Source of the DNA: Chthoniobacteraceae bacterium
GTDB lineage: Bacteria > Verrucomicrobiota > Verrucomicrobiia > Chthoniobacterales > Chthoniobacteraceae
Length of the DNA stretch: 24,904 nt
Reading direction: 5' to 3'
Assembly: GCA_031409335.1 (NCBI GenBank)
Contig: JANNWY010000009.1
Span: 1 to 24,904 of the forward strand
The notes beneath the pieces were generated by a model that was not told the origin of the DNA, did not search any database, and was given only the letters and a program-made list of their open reading frames with translations. Both the position numbers and the translations under genes were made by a program. Of the stretch, positions 23,788 to 24,904 are shown piece after piece. Positions within the stretch are counted from its first letter, which is position 1. Each line of letters begins with the position of its first letter.

Positions 23788-24800
23788 AAACGAACCCATC
23801 AGCCACCCTTGCCCTGACGCTGCGCGGCTTCTTCACCGACTATCTACCCCGCCAGCGCGCGCTCAGTCCCCACACCCTTCTGAGCTATCGCGACAGCCTC
23901 AAGCTATTGCTCAAGTTCGCCGCCGGAAAGAAAGGCGATCCCAGCCAGCTCACCGTGGAGCATCTTACCGTCGAAAAGATCACCGCATTCCTGCAAAGCC
24001 TCGAAAGCGCCCGGCACAACAGAGTTAGCACCCGCAATGTCCGCCTTAGCGCCATCCATAGCTTCTTCCGCTATCTCGGTGGAGAGCATCCCGGGCATCT
24101 GGCGCAGGTCCAGCGCATCCTCGCCATCCCCTTCAAACGCACCGGCACCCGCGAAATCGCCCACCTCGACTTCGAGGAAATCCAAGCCGTGCTTACCGCC
24201 GTGGAAGTCGCACGCCCAAACGGCCACCGCGACCTCGCACTCCTGAGCCTTATGTTCAACCTCGGCGCACGCGTCAGCGAAATCACCGGCCTGCACACCG
24301 ACGACCTTCGCCTGACCGCACCCAGCAGCGTCCTGCTCCGGGGAAAAGGCCGCAAAGAGCGCACCTGCCCGCTCTGGCCCGAAACCGCGCGTCTCCTCCA
24401 AACCCTCATCGACCGGCGCGGCCTCCCGTCGAACCAGTCCGCACCCGTGTTCCTCAACGCCCGCGGCGGACGGCTCACCCGCTTCGGCGTGCGCACGATC
24501 CTCCACAAATACATCGTCAAAGCAGCCCGGCAGAAACCGTCCCTCAGCAACAAGCGCCTCCACCCGCACTCGCTCCGGCACAGCACCGCCATCCATCTCC
24601 TGCGCTCGGGAGTCGATCTCAGCACCATCGCCCACTGGCTCGGCCACGCCAGCATCAACACCACCCACAAATACCTCGCCATCGACCTCGAGGCCAAACG
24701 GGAGGCCCTCGCCAAGGCAAAACCCTTGCTCAAAAAAACCCGCCACCTCGCCGACTGGCGCAAGGATCCAAACCTGATCGCCTGGCTGGAAGCGCTCTGA
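23784..24800 (+). CDS. Tyrosine recombinase (RitC-like), 338 aa
   Basis: SPHTLLSYRDSLKLLL, GARVSE, GKGRKER, HSLRHSTA, LGHASINTTHKY; GTGA overlap with the upstream gene. Confidence 0.95.
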   Translation: MKTNPSATLALTLRGFFTDYLPRQRALSPHTLLSYRDSLKLLLKFAAGKKGDPSQLTVEHLTVEKITAFLQSLESARHNRVSTRNVRLSAIHSFFRYLGGEHPGHLAQVQRILAIPFKRTGTREIAHLDFEEIQAVLTAVEVARPNGHRDLALLSLMFNLGARVSEITGLHTDDLRLTAPSSVLLRGKGRKERTCPLWPETARLLQTLIDRRGLPSNQSAPVFLNARGGRLTRFGVRTILHKYIVKAARQKPSLSNKRLHPHSLRHSTAIHLLRSGVDLSTIAHWLGHASINTTHKYLAIDLEAKREALAKAKPLLKKTRHLADWRKDPNLIAWLEAL

Positions 24801-24813
24801 GACGCGGAATCGG

Positions 24814-24904
24814 CCCGTCAATAATGTGAACTCCAACCCCCGCCCCAAGCCCGCCAGCACAAGCTCCCGCCGCCCAACTCCACATTATTGAGCACTCCAC
24901 ATTA
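24814..24904 (-). repeat. Right terminal inverted repeat (91 bp), ending at the last base of the window
   Basis: Reverse complement of 21370-21460 with 2 mismatches. Confidence 0.97.

Larger units (their letters stand above)
21370..24904 (+). mobile_element. RIT (recombinase-in-trio)-type element with fused RitA-RitB, 3535 bp
   Basis: Three tyrosine recombinase catalytic domains in two coupled ORFs, bounded by 91-bp terminal inverted repeats, interrupting a HEPN gene. Confidence 0.9.

Noticed and set aside
23904..24860. 318-aa minus-strand ORF
   Set aside because: Shadow of the RitC-like gene caused by codon bias; it starts inside the TIR.

Overview
GC-rich accessory region. GloVer repeats, a kinase-linked ECF sigma and the secreted-protein domain types suggest a PVC bacterium, probably Verrucomicrobia (inference). 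Left end: a large serine recombinase (minus strand, absent from the ORF track because it has no stop before the window edge) pointing at a probable att junction near 250-300. Middle: a signalling/surface module with an ECF sigma factor, an 83-aa secreted peptide, a Zn-ribbon/Ser-Thr kinase/TM/WD40 receptor, a SmpA/BamE-like small protein, a divergent membrane-anchored hypothetical, and two giant secreted multidomain hydrolases (a ~1480-aa peptidoglycan amidase and a ~2076-aa GloVer-propeller/trypsin-like protease). Three minus-strand units share an identically spaced bipartite motif GTWWCY-N13-YTCGGAG-NN-AGG, a candidate promoter for the resident ECF. Right end: a VapBC pair and a HEPN gene truncated by a RIT-type tyrosine recombinase element. 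That element has RitA and RitB fused into one two-active-site protein, 91-bp terminal inverted repeats, an abutting perfect 32-bp palindrome and a mirror-image G/C skew. The window ends exactly at the right TIR. All domain calls come from motif recognition by eye; no searches were run.
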